From the NCBI RefSeq assembly GCF_044704955.1, contig NC_091979.1, positions 62,558,001 through 62,622,000 on the forward strand: 64,000 nt of DNA, in the 5' to 3' direction. The notes under the pieces were generated by a model, which saw nothing but the letters and a program-made list of their open reading frames with translations, was not told the origin of the DNA and searched no databases. Source of the stretch: Pristiophorus japonicus. Its lineage: Eukaryota. The stretch's first letter is position 1. Every line of letters begins with the position of its first letter. The translations under genes were made by a program, and so were the position numbers. Below, piece after piece: positions 51,150 to 62,901 of the stretch.

Positions 51150-52733
51150 TCTCATTATCATTGGCAGTCCCTCAAAATCGAGGAAGACTTGCTTCCACTC
51201 GAAAAGCGAATTCTCGGGTGGCTGAACATTCCAATACGGGAATTACAGTCTGTCACAGGTGGGACAGACAGTCGTTGGAGAAAAGGGTAGGCCAGGAGTC
51301 TGGTTTGCCACACGCTCCTTCCACTGCCTGCGCTTGTTTTCTGCATATGCTCTCGGCGACAAGACTCGAGGTGCTCTTCCTCCACTGAGGGCGGTCTTTG
51401 GCCAGGGACTCCCTGGTGTCAGTGGAGTTGTGGCACTTTATCAATGAGGCTTTGAGGGTGTCGCTGAAACGTTTCCTCTGCCCACCTGGGGCTCGCTTGC
51501 CATGTAGGAGTTTCGAGTAGAGCGCTTGCTTTGGGAGTCTTGTGTCGGGCATGTGAACAATGTGGCCTGCCCATCGGAGCTGGTCGAGTGTGGTCAGGGC
51601 TTCGGTGCTAGGGATGTTGGCCTGATCGAGAACACTGGTTGGTGCGTTTATCCTCCAAGGAGATTTGCAGGATCTTGCGGAGACATCGTTAGTGATATTT
51701 CCTCCACGATTTGAGGTGTCTACTGTATATGGTCCATGTCTCAGCCATACAGGAGGGTGGGTATCACTACAGTCCTGTAGACTATAAACTTGGTGTCAGA
51801 TTTTAGGGCCCGATCTTCGAATATTCTCTTCCTCAGGCGACCGAAGGCTGTGCTGGCGCGCTGGAGGTGGTGTTGAACCTCGTCGTCAACGTCTGCCCTT
51901 GCTGATAACAGGTTCCCGCGGTATGGAAAGTGATCCACGGTCTTGATGACTGGGGGTCAGTGCTGTGTGACGGGGTCAGGTTAGTGGAGGACCTTTGTCT
52001 TACAGATATTTAGTGTAAGGCCCATGCTTTCGTATGCCTTGGTGAAGATATTGACGATGGCTTGGAGATCAGCCTCTAAATGTGCATAGACACAAGCGAA
52101 TACATGGCCTCATCTCTCTCATCTGGAAAGAGGAGAGCATGCCTGGAGATCTCAGAAATGCAGTAATCGTGGCCACCTTTTAAAAAGGGGACGTCCGACT
52201 GTGCCAACTACAGAGGAATCTCCTTGTTAGGCACTGGGAAAGTCATCGCTAGAATCCTCCTCAACCGTCTTCTTCCTATGGCTGAGGAGCTCCTCCCGGA
52301 GTCACAGTGTAAATTCTGTCCACTACGGAGTACAACGGACATGATCTTTACGGCGCAACAACTGCGAGAGAAATGCAGGGAACAGTACCAACCCTTGTAC
52401 ATGGCCTTCTTTGACCATACAAAGGCTTTTGACATTGTTAACCACGAGGGACTATGGAGCGTCCTCTTCCTTTTCGGTTGCCCCCAAAAGTTTGTCGCCA
52501 TCCTCCGCCTGCTCCACAACGACATGCAAGTGTGATCCTGGCAACGGATCCACCACAGACCCAATCTACATCCGGACCAGGGTCAAGCAGGGCTGCGTCA
52601 TCTCTATCTTCCTCGTTGCAATGCTCCACCTTATGCTCAACAAGCTCCCCGCTGGAGTGGAACTAAACTATCGAACCAGTGGGAACCTGTTCAACCTTCG
52701 TCGCCTCCAGGCTATATCCAAGCCGTCCCATCC
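51150..52733 (-). mobile_element. RTE LINE insertion with 5' inversion (51150-52098 minus; about 52100-52733 plus)
   Basis: TSD TGTGGATCAT at 51140-51149 and 52734-52743; plus part runs NYRGISLL to LFNLRRLQA, minus part runs ACVYAH to the 3' tail. Confidence 0.85.
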
Positions 52734-53201
52734 TGTGGATCATACACTCAACAAAACAAACACACAAGCTTCGAGGGCATTCACACCAAAAAGAGCCAAA
52801 ATAGATGCATTTCCACAACATTATGGCTCTCAGGATGGCAGCAGCATCCCACAAATAGCAAGCTAGGAATCAGATCAAGCGGATCAAATGATTAGTCAGA
52901 AAATTCAAACAACTTAAAAGTCAACTGTAGGATACCAACAAATAAATGCTGGAATTAACACGGTCAGCATCTGAAAAGAAATTAATTAAAATTTTGGGCT
53001 TAGACAATCCGGGTAACCTAAATCATGACCTAGCATGTCCTTATCCTGCTAGATGTGACCAAACTAGTTATTAATTGCTTCAAGTGCTAAACTATATAGC
53101 ATGCACAGCACTGTTCAACCCATGAAATAGCATCCATTAACACAAATGTTCAAACTATTTCAGTTCCTTTTATGGTTATAGCAGAAAATGCTAAATCTTT
53201 C

Positions 53202-53281
53202 AACTGTTAACAGCTGTTTCCCCTTCATTTACAGGCTAGAGAACTGTTAACATCTGTTTCCCCTTCTTCTCAGGCTAGATA
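53202..53281. repeat. Two-copy 40-bp tandem duplication
   Basis: AACTGTTAACA(G/T)CTGTTTCCCCTTC..CAGGCTAGA occurs twice in tandem. Confidence 0.8.
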
Positions 53282-53973
53282 AATGTTCCCTAAGCAATCA
53301 CACTGCCATCAACGAATGGAATTCTAAGCCAACAATTAAAATGGTCCAGCAATTACAACAATGACAAGACCACCAAAGTCTTCACATTACTTCAAACTTC
53401 AGTTAAATCCATTTCTCTTATTACTATGCACCAACCTATTTTAAGTTCCAAGATATATTTGTCATTTAATCTCGCCTGCCTTTCACCCCATCACAGACTT
53501 TCCTTTTTGTTGATCATATATGATCAATCACATATCTCTCCTCAGGGGAAAAAAAAGCCACATGCCTGTCCCTTTTGTAGGGCAACTTATTTTTAGCATT
53601 ACCTTCTTTCTACTTCTAACTGCAAAACTGGCTGCCAATATCTCAGCTTCCAGCTCCAAGTCTGGACCTGCATCGCAATCTCCTGTTTAAGACCTGACTG
53701 ACTGCCCAAGGTTCTCTGTGTTCCCAGCAAGTAGGAGGGCTGTGCCTTCAACTCTTTCCTTACTTAGGAACTGACCAGTAGGCTTGCCCATCAAACCAAT
53801 GACTTCCTCTCCCAAGAGCATGTCCTCACCAGACACTCATGCTGGGCTCACACAAATAGGTTTTTGTGTTAAGTTATTGGAGATGAGATGATGATTACTT
53901 AATTTTTTCAGTGATTGTACACAATAAGTATAGTTGGCTCATTAACACATTCAGTACTGTCCTTCCTCTCCAT

Positions 53974-54003
53974 TTCAATTTGGGGGACTGCCTATGCTGA
54001 TGA
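53974..54003 (+). mobile_element. 30-bp RTE 3'-tail micro-insertion
   Basis: GGGACTGCCTATGCTGATGA flanked by TCCTCTCCAT at 53964-53973 and 54004-54013. Confidence 0.7.
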
Positions 54004-54602
54004 TCCTCTCCATGGCTGCAGCCTGTGGATTTTGAAACCTGTGTGAATTCACTTTGTTTTCAAACATAACTCATTCCCAAATCCTGTGTGTGAAGAGAAA
54101 AAAAACATGACAGGCTATATTAAAGTTTGATCTGTATGTGTTCTGGAAACACATCACATGCAAAAAGAGGATGTATGCTGGGTTTACCCTGGATGGTTTT
54201 ATATACAGGTTAACCTAACTGAACAGGATATGAAGCCTTTGCCCTGGAACAAATAAATCCTATCCAACAGGAACTAAGTTTCCTGTTGATACCATGGTTC
54301 TGGACAGGTGCAGCAACTGTTTAAAAAGCACTCTTTAGAATGCTTTCAATGAAAATGAACAGGTTTTGACATACATGAGCATGTTTCTTTGCAGGTTAAT
54401 GCCTCAACAGCCTAAGTACATCATCAAAATTATTTGATGCTCTCCTGGCCCCCTAACCCCCACGAAAAAATCTGTGTGACTATACCTGATCTTGCAAAAC
54501 ATTATCCAGCTCAAGTTTGCAGAGCAGTTGCTTCAGACAAGAATACCAAAATTATACTAAAAATTTAGGAAAAGATTAAATGCACATTATCAAGGTATTA
54601 TC

Positions 54603-55010
54603 CTTGGCCCAGTGGTAGTTTGCTGACCTTGGAATCAGAAGGTCAAGCGTTCAAGTCCCACTCGAGACTTGAGCACATAATCTAGGCTGACACCTCAATG
54701 GAGTACCATGGGAGTGCTGCATTGTCATATATGCTGTCTTTAAGATGAGAAATTAAAAGATCCCATGGCATTATTGAAAGAAGACCAGAGAAGTTCATCC
54801 CAGTGTCCAGGCCAATATTTATCCCTCAACCAACATCACGAAAACAAATGATCTGCCCATTATCTCATTGCTGTTTGTGGGAACCTGCTATGCTCAAAAT
54901 TGGCTGCCAGGTTTCCTATAATACAACAGTGACTACACTTCAAAATTACTGATTGGCTGCAAAACACTTTGGGACATCCTGAGGTTGTGAAAGGTGCTAT
55001 AGTAATACAA
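54603..55010 (+). mobile_element. SacSINE1-like Deu-domain SINE
   Basis: A-box-like TGGCCCAGTGG, B-box GTTCAAGTCC, Deu core, TGAAAGGTGCTATA tail. Confidence 0.8.
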
Positions 55011-55029
55011 TGTATTTTATTCCTTTCTT

Positions 55030-55073
55030 TATATATATATATATAATATATATATATATATATTATATATATA
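55030..55073. repeat. (TA)n microsatellite
   Basis: Directly visible in the sequence. Confidence 0.9.
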
Positions 55074-55179
55074 AAAAAAAGAGAAGCTGTGTTACAGGTT
55101 AAGTACTTCACATCAAAAGAGCATTCCCGAGAGGGCCGCTCTCCTTTCCTTCACTTTCTTACCAGAGATAAAACATTTA

Positions 55180-55755
55180 ATCATCATAGGCAGTCCCTCG
55201 AAATGAGGATGACTTGCTTCCACGTCAAAAAAGGATGAGTTCACAGTGTTTCAATGAAGGACCTAATATTCCAGGTCTCGAACTACAAAGTGTGGAAGAT
55301 GCCGGTGCGTGAATTTTTTTAACGTGGGGTGGCCGTTGCACACCAGCCACCACACGGGCTTGACAGAGCTAGGTCTTGGTCCAGTGAGGATTACCCAAGA
55401 CAACTGGAGACCAGCTCTGCTGCACGGACCTAGTGCGCACACATATCGCTGTGTGGGCTGGCCCGTGCTGCCCTGGGTCCTCGTCTCTTCTGGTCCCAAA
55501 CTCTCCTGGGCCCCGATCACATCCCTCTACAATCTTTCGCCACTCCTTCGCCCCGACCTCGCCACTCCTGCTGTACCTATCCACGCTCCAATCACCGACC
55601 TGGACCTTGATGACGTCCCTCTTCACTGCCGTCGCCCTCCTGCACCAGCTCGCGCTGTACCTTGAAGTGGTATATCTCCATGCTGCCCATGGCAGCCACT
55701 CGCCGCTCCTTTTAAGGTCCCAACCTGCCACTGATGGTGTCTCGCAGGTCAGGCC
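55180..55755 (-). mobile_element. RTE-derived bipartite non-autonomous retroposon
   Basis: TCATCATAGGCAGTCCCTCG..GACTTGCTTCCAC tail shared with the RTE LINEs; GC-rich non-coding body. Confidence 0.72.
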
Positions 55756-56015
55756 CACCACGAAGTATAAGCTGTTGTACATTTCATAGCTGCACCTTGT
55801 CTACACAGTACAGCAATACCAATCTCATGACACTATTAGCTTTTCACAAACCCAAAGCCAGATCAATGTCAACTAATCTAGCAAACAAAGATTTTGGAGA
55901 AAAGAACTAAAGCCCTTAGGTACAATGAAAAATAATCCAACAATGCACAAAAGAAAATGCAACAGATCTTTTCAGTGGTGTATCGGATCCAAACACTAAA
56001 CGGGTTTGCAATATT

Positions 56016-56684
56016 GGCCCAGTATTTGCTGGGAAATTAACAGCGAGTTCCATGCGATTTGTGGCGAGGAAGAGATATGCGGCGAGTTGCGAATCGCCAC
56101 AAACTGCTGGACGATTTGTGCTGCCATTCACCTCGCAAAATCGGGAGCTCACCATCAACCTCCCAAGAGTTTCAAAAAATTGCTGCGTTTGCGCTGTTAA
56201 AACCAATTTGCCGCAGAAAGTTAGAACTGGTACTCAACACTTATAATTACAAGATTTATGTTCCTGCAATGCCACTCAATCTCTCCGGTCCAGAATGGGA
56301 ATTGATACTGTGGAGTCCCATTCCTAAAAAAGGCAGTAAATTGTTCCTATCGGCTTTATAGATTTTTAATCTTACTTTTCCTTTGTCTCTTTTTTCTCTC
56401 AATCCAATCTTTCTTTCCCTCTCTATTTCTCCTTCTGTATCTAATTGTGACTTCAATTCACCCTCATGCCTTACTATCTTTCTCAATCCTTAAATGTCAT
56501 TGGTTAAAGAGCTAGACTGTTGGTCCTGTCGTTCATCAATGTCCCAGGTGCCCCACTAATTGTTACTCTCAGCTCGCACTTTCAGCAATTTGCGGCACAA
56601 AACTTTTACAACCTGAAGGGTGAAGAACAAAATTGAGCAAACAGGTCACGCCGCAAGATGCCTTGCTCCAGAAAATTCTGGGCT
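56016..56684. mobile_element. PIF/Harbinger-like MITE
   Basis: TIRs GGCCCAGTATTTGCTGG / CCAGAAAATTCTGGGCT; 3-bp TSD ATT (56013-56015, 56685-56687). Confidence 0.72.
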
Positions 56685-56749
56685 ATTGTATTTCCTGTAA
56701 TTAATATACCTTTTGTAAATTATTTTGTATATTTACAGTTATCAGTCAT

Positions 56750-58047
56750 AGCCAGAAACATTGGTTCGCCATTCATTACACTTACCCACAGACTTTAGAC
56801 TTTTGCACTGCAACTTGTAGTTGGGAGAGTGTCAAATCAGTGCAGCACCCTCTTCAGGGGATCTGGGACCTGTATCAATAGGGCAAGGAATGGTGTGTCA
56901 TCTTGTGGATATCTGAACGGAATATATGGAATTAAGGACAGTAAAGTAAACGGGATATATGAAAATGTATAAGCCATGGAAGAATAGCTGGGAGAATGTC
57001 AGATTGCAAATAGTGCAACATCAGCATAGCTAACAGTCTGTCTCAAGGTTTCAAGTCACTAATCCTGCCAATAATATATAATTGTAACATGAAATACATC
57101 TGCAGAATTGCAAGGTCTCAGTAAATAGTCACACCATTAGATTGAAACATTTGGAGGCAATACTTGAGCTTTCAAGAAGAACATCTCATATAGATTGACT
57201 AATGAGTGGCTGAGTTAGACTGTCAATCCATTTGTATTTTGTTATCTGATTTCAAAACTGTATAACTGTTAACGCTTTACGATGTAACTACACCTATCCG
57301 TAGGGAGTGTGTACGCTCTATCCAGAGAGTATATCTTCTGTCTGATAGGTCTTACTGGCCGGTAATAAAGACTGCTTTGTTCAAAGCACAAGACGTATTC
57401 GACTCAGTAATTTTACTGAACCAGATTGAAGTAAAAGAATCCAGGAATTAACAATCTTAGCCAATCAGATTGAGGAATCCTTACTGATTCATGCATGGTC
57501 TGAACCAAGAAGTGTAAGTTAGAATATTTAGTTCAATGCAAAATCATGTGTAGAAAGTAAAATGGAGAAGGAAAGACAGATGGGATTAAGAGGGAGAGAT
57601 AAAATAGACAAAGAAAAAGTAAAAAAAAACATTTTTAATAATTTTAATTTTTTTAAATCTACAACTATAATTCAAATCTGAAGGAATGAGACTCCACACA
57701 TGTAAACGTAAATTTTCAGTACCACAGAGGTTGTTTGGCAGTAATTAAGACTTGTCACGCTCTTAAAAATTCACTTACACTTGAATGGACAATTTTTCTG
57801 GCTTATTTAGTGGGTATCTATGGAATAGTACCCCAACTTCACACCGTTGGCTATATGTGAATGCAGTGTCTCTTGGCAAGTTACTAGTAGTGAAGCTTGT
57901 GGAGCAGCAGGAAAACTCGGACAGCAACTTCCAGATTTCCGTGTTTAACTGCACGTATGCGGTTGCTAGAGGCTGTTGTCCAATTTGTTCCTTCATAAAG
58001 GCGAGAGTGGAAAGCCACACCGTTATTCTTACCGCAAAATCCAGGCT
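56750..58047. mobile_element. Related Harbinger-like element in opposite orientation, interrupted by a solo LTR
   Basis: 57560-57780 resembles the reverse complement of 56230-56440; right end CCGCAAAATCCAGGCT|ATT. Confidence 0.5.
56904..57453 (+). mobile_element. Solo LTR (550 bp, ERV class I-like)
   Basis: TG...CA termini; 4-bp TSD ATCT (56900-56903, 57454-57457); TATAA at about 57261; AATAAA at 57364. Confidence 0.72.
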
Positions 58048-59007
58048 ATTAAGTGTCCAAACTCAGTTTGTGTTTATTTGTAGCCAACCATCAGAATTTG
58101 TAGACAAGTCTACCTCCCCCGCTTTCAAAATGAGGCACTGCCTTGGCAGTAACTGCTTGTAATCTTTACTGGTTTGGGGATATTGCTTACATCAGCTGGC
58201 ATTCATACAGTTTACAAGCTGTACTTATCAGTCCATCAGCCTTAAATTCAGACAAAATGTTCAAATCTGAATTCACACACCATTACCATTTAGTTCCTAG
58301 GACTGTACGTCCTCCATGCTGAGCTGCAAGTCACCAAATATTTTGCAAATTATGTAATGCTTATATATATATTTTTTTTTTAAAAAGGCCAGACACAATA
58401 CAATTTGATATTAGCAGCAAAAATCTAAAATAGTGAATCGATCCTAGTATGGCAGGACAACAACCAGGTCAGACACCTACAGCTAATTACAGGACATACC
58501 CATACAGCTGATTGCTCTGAAGATATACATTCGGAGCACACACGTCAAAGATGCAAAATTAAAATATTGAAATTGTGCTTTGTATGGAAAAAAAATTTGA
58601 ACTTGGAAGTACTAAAGTTGGACATTTATGCTGCTCAACTATCAGCTAGAGGGTTTCAAGGCACGAATTTAACATTTCAGAATTTACAAAGACATCAGGG
58701 TACTTGACTAAAAAAAAGTGCTAAACAAGGAGGAGAGGAAGGTCAGTGCTCAAAACTGGAATACTTTTATCCAATGCTCCCAGGTCTGCTTCACATTGAA
58801 AGTGGAACCTTGTTGAGACCAAACAGTTATCTGTAATATCATGTCACATGGTGTAAACTGTGATTCAGTCCTTGTGATATTTTGTCATCATCTCAAACCA
58901 TTAAATGGCTTTAACTAAGATTTTCAAGCAACAAAAATATAAGTACAAGCTTCCCCTAGCTGTTACACACCATCTTTTTTACCTCTACGATATGTAGACT
59001 ATCAGGC

Positions 59008-59805
59008 CAGAAGAGCAGGGCAATTCTCCCCAGTGTCCTGGCCAATATTTATCCCTCAATCAACATCACATCATCATCATCATCATCATCAGGCAGTCCC
59101 TTGAAACGAGGATGACTTGCCTACACGCCGAAAAGGGAAGAGTTCATAGATGTTTCAATGAAGGACCTAATATTCCAGGTCCCGAACTACATCTTGAAGG
59201 GTGGAAGATGTCTGTGCGTGGATTTTTTTTTATGTGTGGTGGCTGTTGCACACCAGCCATCACATGGGCTCGACAGAGCTAGGTCTTGGTCCACTGGCAA
59301 GGATTAACCAAGATGACTGGAGACCTGCTTTGCTGCACAGACCGAATGCGCACAAACATCGCAGTGTGGGCTGGCCCATGCTGTCCCTGGGCCCTCACCT
59401 CTTCTGGGCCCCGAACTCTCGCCTCTCCTGGGTCCCGATCACATCCCTCTACGAACACTTGCCGCTCCTTTGCCCCGACCTCGCCATTCCTGTTGTACCT
59501 GCCCGCACTGCAGTCAGCCGTTGCCCTCCTGCAGCAGCACGCGCTGCTCCCTGCAGTGGTATGGCGCGGCACGTTGCTCCCTCTCATGGTCCCGGCCTGC
59601 TGATTGTCTTGCTGGTCGGGACCATTCCGATTTCTGGGCCAGGCCGCCGCACGCGGTTCCTCTAAGGTGGGACATTGCTATGTGCAAATTGGCAGCCACG
59701 TTTCCCACAATGACTACACTTCAAAGTTACTTCAATGGCTGTGAAGCACTTTGGGCCACCCAGAGTATGTGAAAGGCACTTTGTAAATGCAAGTCTTTTT
59801 TTCTT
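59008..59805 (+). mobile_element. Deu-SINE fragment (59008-59070 and 59666-59805) split by an RTE-derived element
   Basis: Deu core before 59070; GTGCAAATTGGC..AAATGCAAGTC tail after 59666. Confidence 0.7.
59071..59665 (-). mobile_element. RTE-derived bipartite non-autonomous retroposon
   Basis: (CAT)n-AGGCAGTCCC tail; body homologous to 55180-55755. Confidence 0.75.
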
Positions 59806-59859
59806 TCCCATTTCCCACTTGTGTTCATTTTTCAACATTCAGATGCATAACACTAAACA

Positions 59860-60330
59860 CATGAGCGTGCGGCCGAGTGAAGGAGGGCTGACGCAGACGC
59901 GCAGCAGCGTAAAACGCGTAGCGACGCGAGACGTGCGGCGGCACGAGCGTGCGGCCGAGTGAAGGAGGGCTAACGCAGACGCGCAGCAGCGTGGAACGCG
60001 TAGCGGCGCAGGACGTGCGGCGGCGCGAGCGCGCGACCGAGTGAACGTGGGACGACGCGAACGCGCAGCAACGTGAACCGCGGGGTGATATCAAAGTCAG
60101 TGCTGGTTTCAGTAAGTCTCTGTTTATTTTAAGTGTTTTAAAGTGTTTCAAATCGCGCGGCGATGCGAACCGCGGGGCGACGTAGAAGTCAGTGTTAGCT
60201 TTAGTAAAGTCTGTTTATTTTGAGTTTGTTCAAAGTCAGTGTTAGTTTCAGTAAAGTCTGTGTTTATTTTAAGTTTGTTCAAATCGCACGACGACACGAA
60301 CGCATAACGACACGGTAATTAGAGTCAGTT
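59860..60330 (+). repeat. ERV leader tandem repeats (about 2.3 copies of an ~82-bp CpG-rich unit, then about 3 imperfect AAGTCAGTG..TTTATTTT units)
   Basis: GAGCG(T/C)GCG(G/A)CCGAGTGAA recurs at about 59863, 59945 and 60027. Confidence 0.8.
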
Positions 60331-60353
60331 TAAATACGAGGGGCAGCGTGAAA

Positions 60354-61725
60354 ATGGGTAATCGGTTGGATAAAACAACGGATGCGGATAGTCCGCTACA
60401 AAAGTTATGTGAGGAATTCCCTGAAAGAGCTGAAGACTTTAGAAAATTATCAGGAGCCCTGAACAAATTATTAGGAGATGACCAGTGGCCTCTAGGTGGC
60501 ACTAGAAGCGTAGAGGTAGCAAACAAAGCACAGGGATTGTCAAAAATTAAAAGATGCATCACTTCTGTCAAGTTGGCAAATAAATGCTATTAAATTGGGA
60601 CTCTCATTGACAGAGGGAACACATGTTAAAACTGTCGACGTCTTAAAAAAAAGAATGTGCGCACGAGAAACTGTCTAATAGATCCTCTGGGACCTCTGAG
60701 AAAGGTATTGACCGACTACGTAGTCAAATGGCTGGCTTTGTGTTAACCGAGGCTGATGATGAAATTGATGAGTGGTCACTGACTCAGCGCCCAACGGCGC
60801 CTGCCGCACCCCCTGGCCCTTTGCTCCAGTCCTCTTCCCAACACCCTCCACCTTACACTCCGGCGAGAGGAGTTAAAAATAACCCCATACCACCAAAGCA
60901 ACAAACCCAAACTGACTCCTCATCCTCCGATAGCGATTCGGATCCCCAGTTCACAAGCAATATAGCCGAAAGGACCAGATCTCTCACTCGAAAGGGCAGA
61001 ACTATATCTCGATATCACAGACAGTCCCGTAAATCTTCTAGTCAATCTACCAGTCCAAGTTGTGAAAGACATAGCAAACACTCCCGCCGATCGAGACGCA
61101 GAACTGTCAAGCAGTCAGACAGCTCCGAAACATCCTCCGACCTAGAAATGATTTCCAGGATCCCAAAATCCCAACACCAATTCCCTGTCAGACCAATGCC
61201 AAACCCTGATGCACAACAAGCTGCAGACCACCCCACTATAGATGTCTATGTGATCTTCGAACAACTATTCGATTGCTCACGCTATCCGGACAAATGGAAA
61301 GGGCAGTTAGATATTATTGGCAGGAAAAGAAAGGGGAGGGGGGAGGTGCGCCCCCAACCCGGGTCAAGACTGAATATGTGACTAGAAAGGAAGAGCCATC
61401 TCGGGAGGAAGGATCAATAGAACCGCAGTGTTGCATACAGGATTGGATGGATAAGCAAGGATACGGTTATACTAAACAACCAAACGGCCCGAGCCCTGCT
61501 AATAAATCTCCCTATTGTCCCCGGCATGGTATGGGAAGAGGCCGGGACTGGGTAAGAGGAATTGACTGTTTTAATTGTGGGCAGGAAGGACATTGGAATA
61601 AAAATTGCCCCTACCGTCAGCATGGAAAAGGAAGAGGAGGAAGAGGAGGGGGGCAAGGGGGGAGAGGAGGATCTTACACTAACTTCTCCCAGAACAACCC
61701 CTTTGGTCAATTGTCCCCCGATTGA
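60354..61725 (+). pseudogene. gag: ERV gag (disrupted; capsid apparently largely deleted)
   Basis: MGNRLDK myristoylation-type start, PTAP (60791-60802), PPPY (60845-60856), CFNCGQEGHWNKNC knuckle (61567-61608), RGG tail; stops and frameshifts. Confidence 0.85.
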
Positions 61726-62900
61726 CTACGCAGCTTGATTGTGCAGGGATCCTCCCCGGACGACGAACCAATGATATTGTTAAAAATTCTGAATGAGTGG
61801 CAACCCTTTTTGATAGATACGGGAGCCTTCATGTCTTCTGTACAATTAAAGCTTAAACTCCCTGCCTCTACTGAAACACAGGAACTTTCAGGATTCCTGG
61901 GACAAATCTCGACATTCCCGGTGTCAGAACCGGTTAAAATGGGTTACCAGGAAGAATCGGTGGAACATCGATTTGTTATCACAACCAATCTGGACTGTAA
62001 CTTGATGGCTAGAGACCTCCTCTGCAAATTCCAGTTGCATTTGGAGTGTGGAGATGATGGGATTATTGTAAAACAGGGAACCCTTAAGCGGCAGTATTAT
62101 ACCACTAGAACCCCTCAGTGGTGGTCTCTGGACCTGCCGCAGGCACCCTATCACGTGACCCTAGCATACGATCCCAGTGGAAAGAATCAGGACCTACAGA
62201 ACTTTTATCAGGATCACGAAGGGGAAGTGAAGGAAATTCTATTAAGGGCTAGAGTGACTGGACCGGAAGGGAAGGCAGATTTTGTGGAAATGGACAGCCC
62301 CCAACGGTGGCACCACATATTACTCGTGAAGTATTACCTCCCCACCACGCTAAAGATTTGGGAGTTATGGTGCGCCAGGCTATAGACGAGGCTGACCCTA
62401 CCAGCCGGGATGTGCAAATTGTAAAACATGGCCGAACAGTCCAATTCCACGGGGACCCCGAGAAGGTCTTAACGACTCTACAGCATCATACTGGCTCTGA
62501 CAGACCTGACTATGTGGATCCTCATGTGTGGGCAGAGGACCTCTCCCAAGTGGGTTATCACAGGCAATACCGAGTATCCACCGAGCTTTGGAGGCTAGCA
62601 GAGTCGAACCAATTTGCCAGTTTCCAGTCCCTAGCAAGGCTAAACAAATGCGACAGTGTTTGGGGATGATCAATTACTGCAGATCCTGGATCCCTAATGT
62701 TGCCCTGATGACTAAGCACCTCACCCCGTATACAAATAAGTAAGGCAGCTTTGAAATAGAAACCGTAGACGTCCAAGCCTTCAAGGAACTAAAGACAGCC
62801 CTGCTGCAAGCTCCGGCTTTGGGCCGGCCCCTCTATGACCGGCCCTTTCAACTGTATTGTACAATTCTGAAAGACTGTGCTACCGTTGTCTTAACACATC
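61726..62900 (+). pseudogene. pol: ERV pol N-terminal part: aspartic protease, 2H-phosphoesterase-like domain, RT thumb/connection remnants
   Basis: FLIDTGA (DTG at 61816), NLMARDLL; HVTL at 62152 and HIT at 62316; MRQCLGMINYCRSWIP; LKTALLQAPALG; frameshifted. Confidence 0.85.
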
Positions 62901-62901
62901 T

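Noticed and set aside
59860-60330. Repeat-spacer-like periodicity resembling CRISPR
   Set aside because: Eukaryotic context, spacers are not unique and there are no cas genes; it is an ERV leader tandem repeat.
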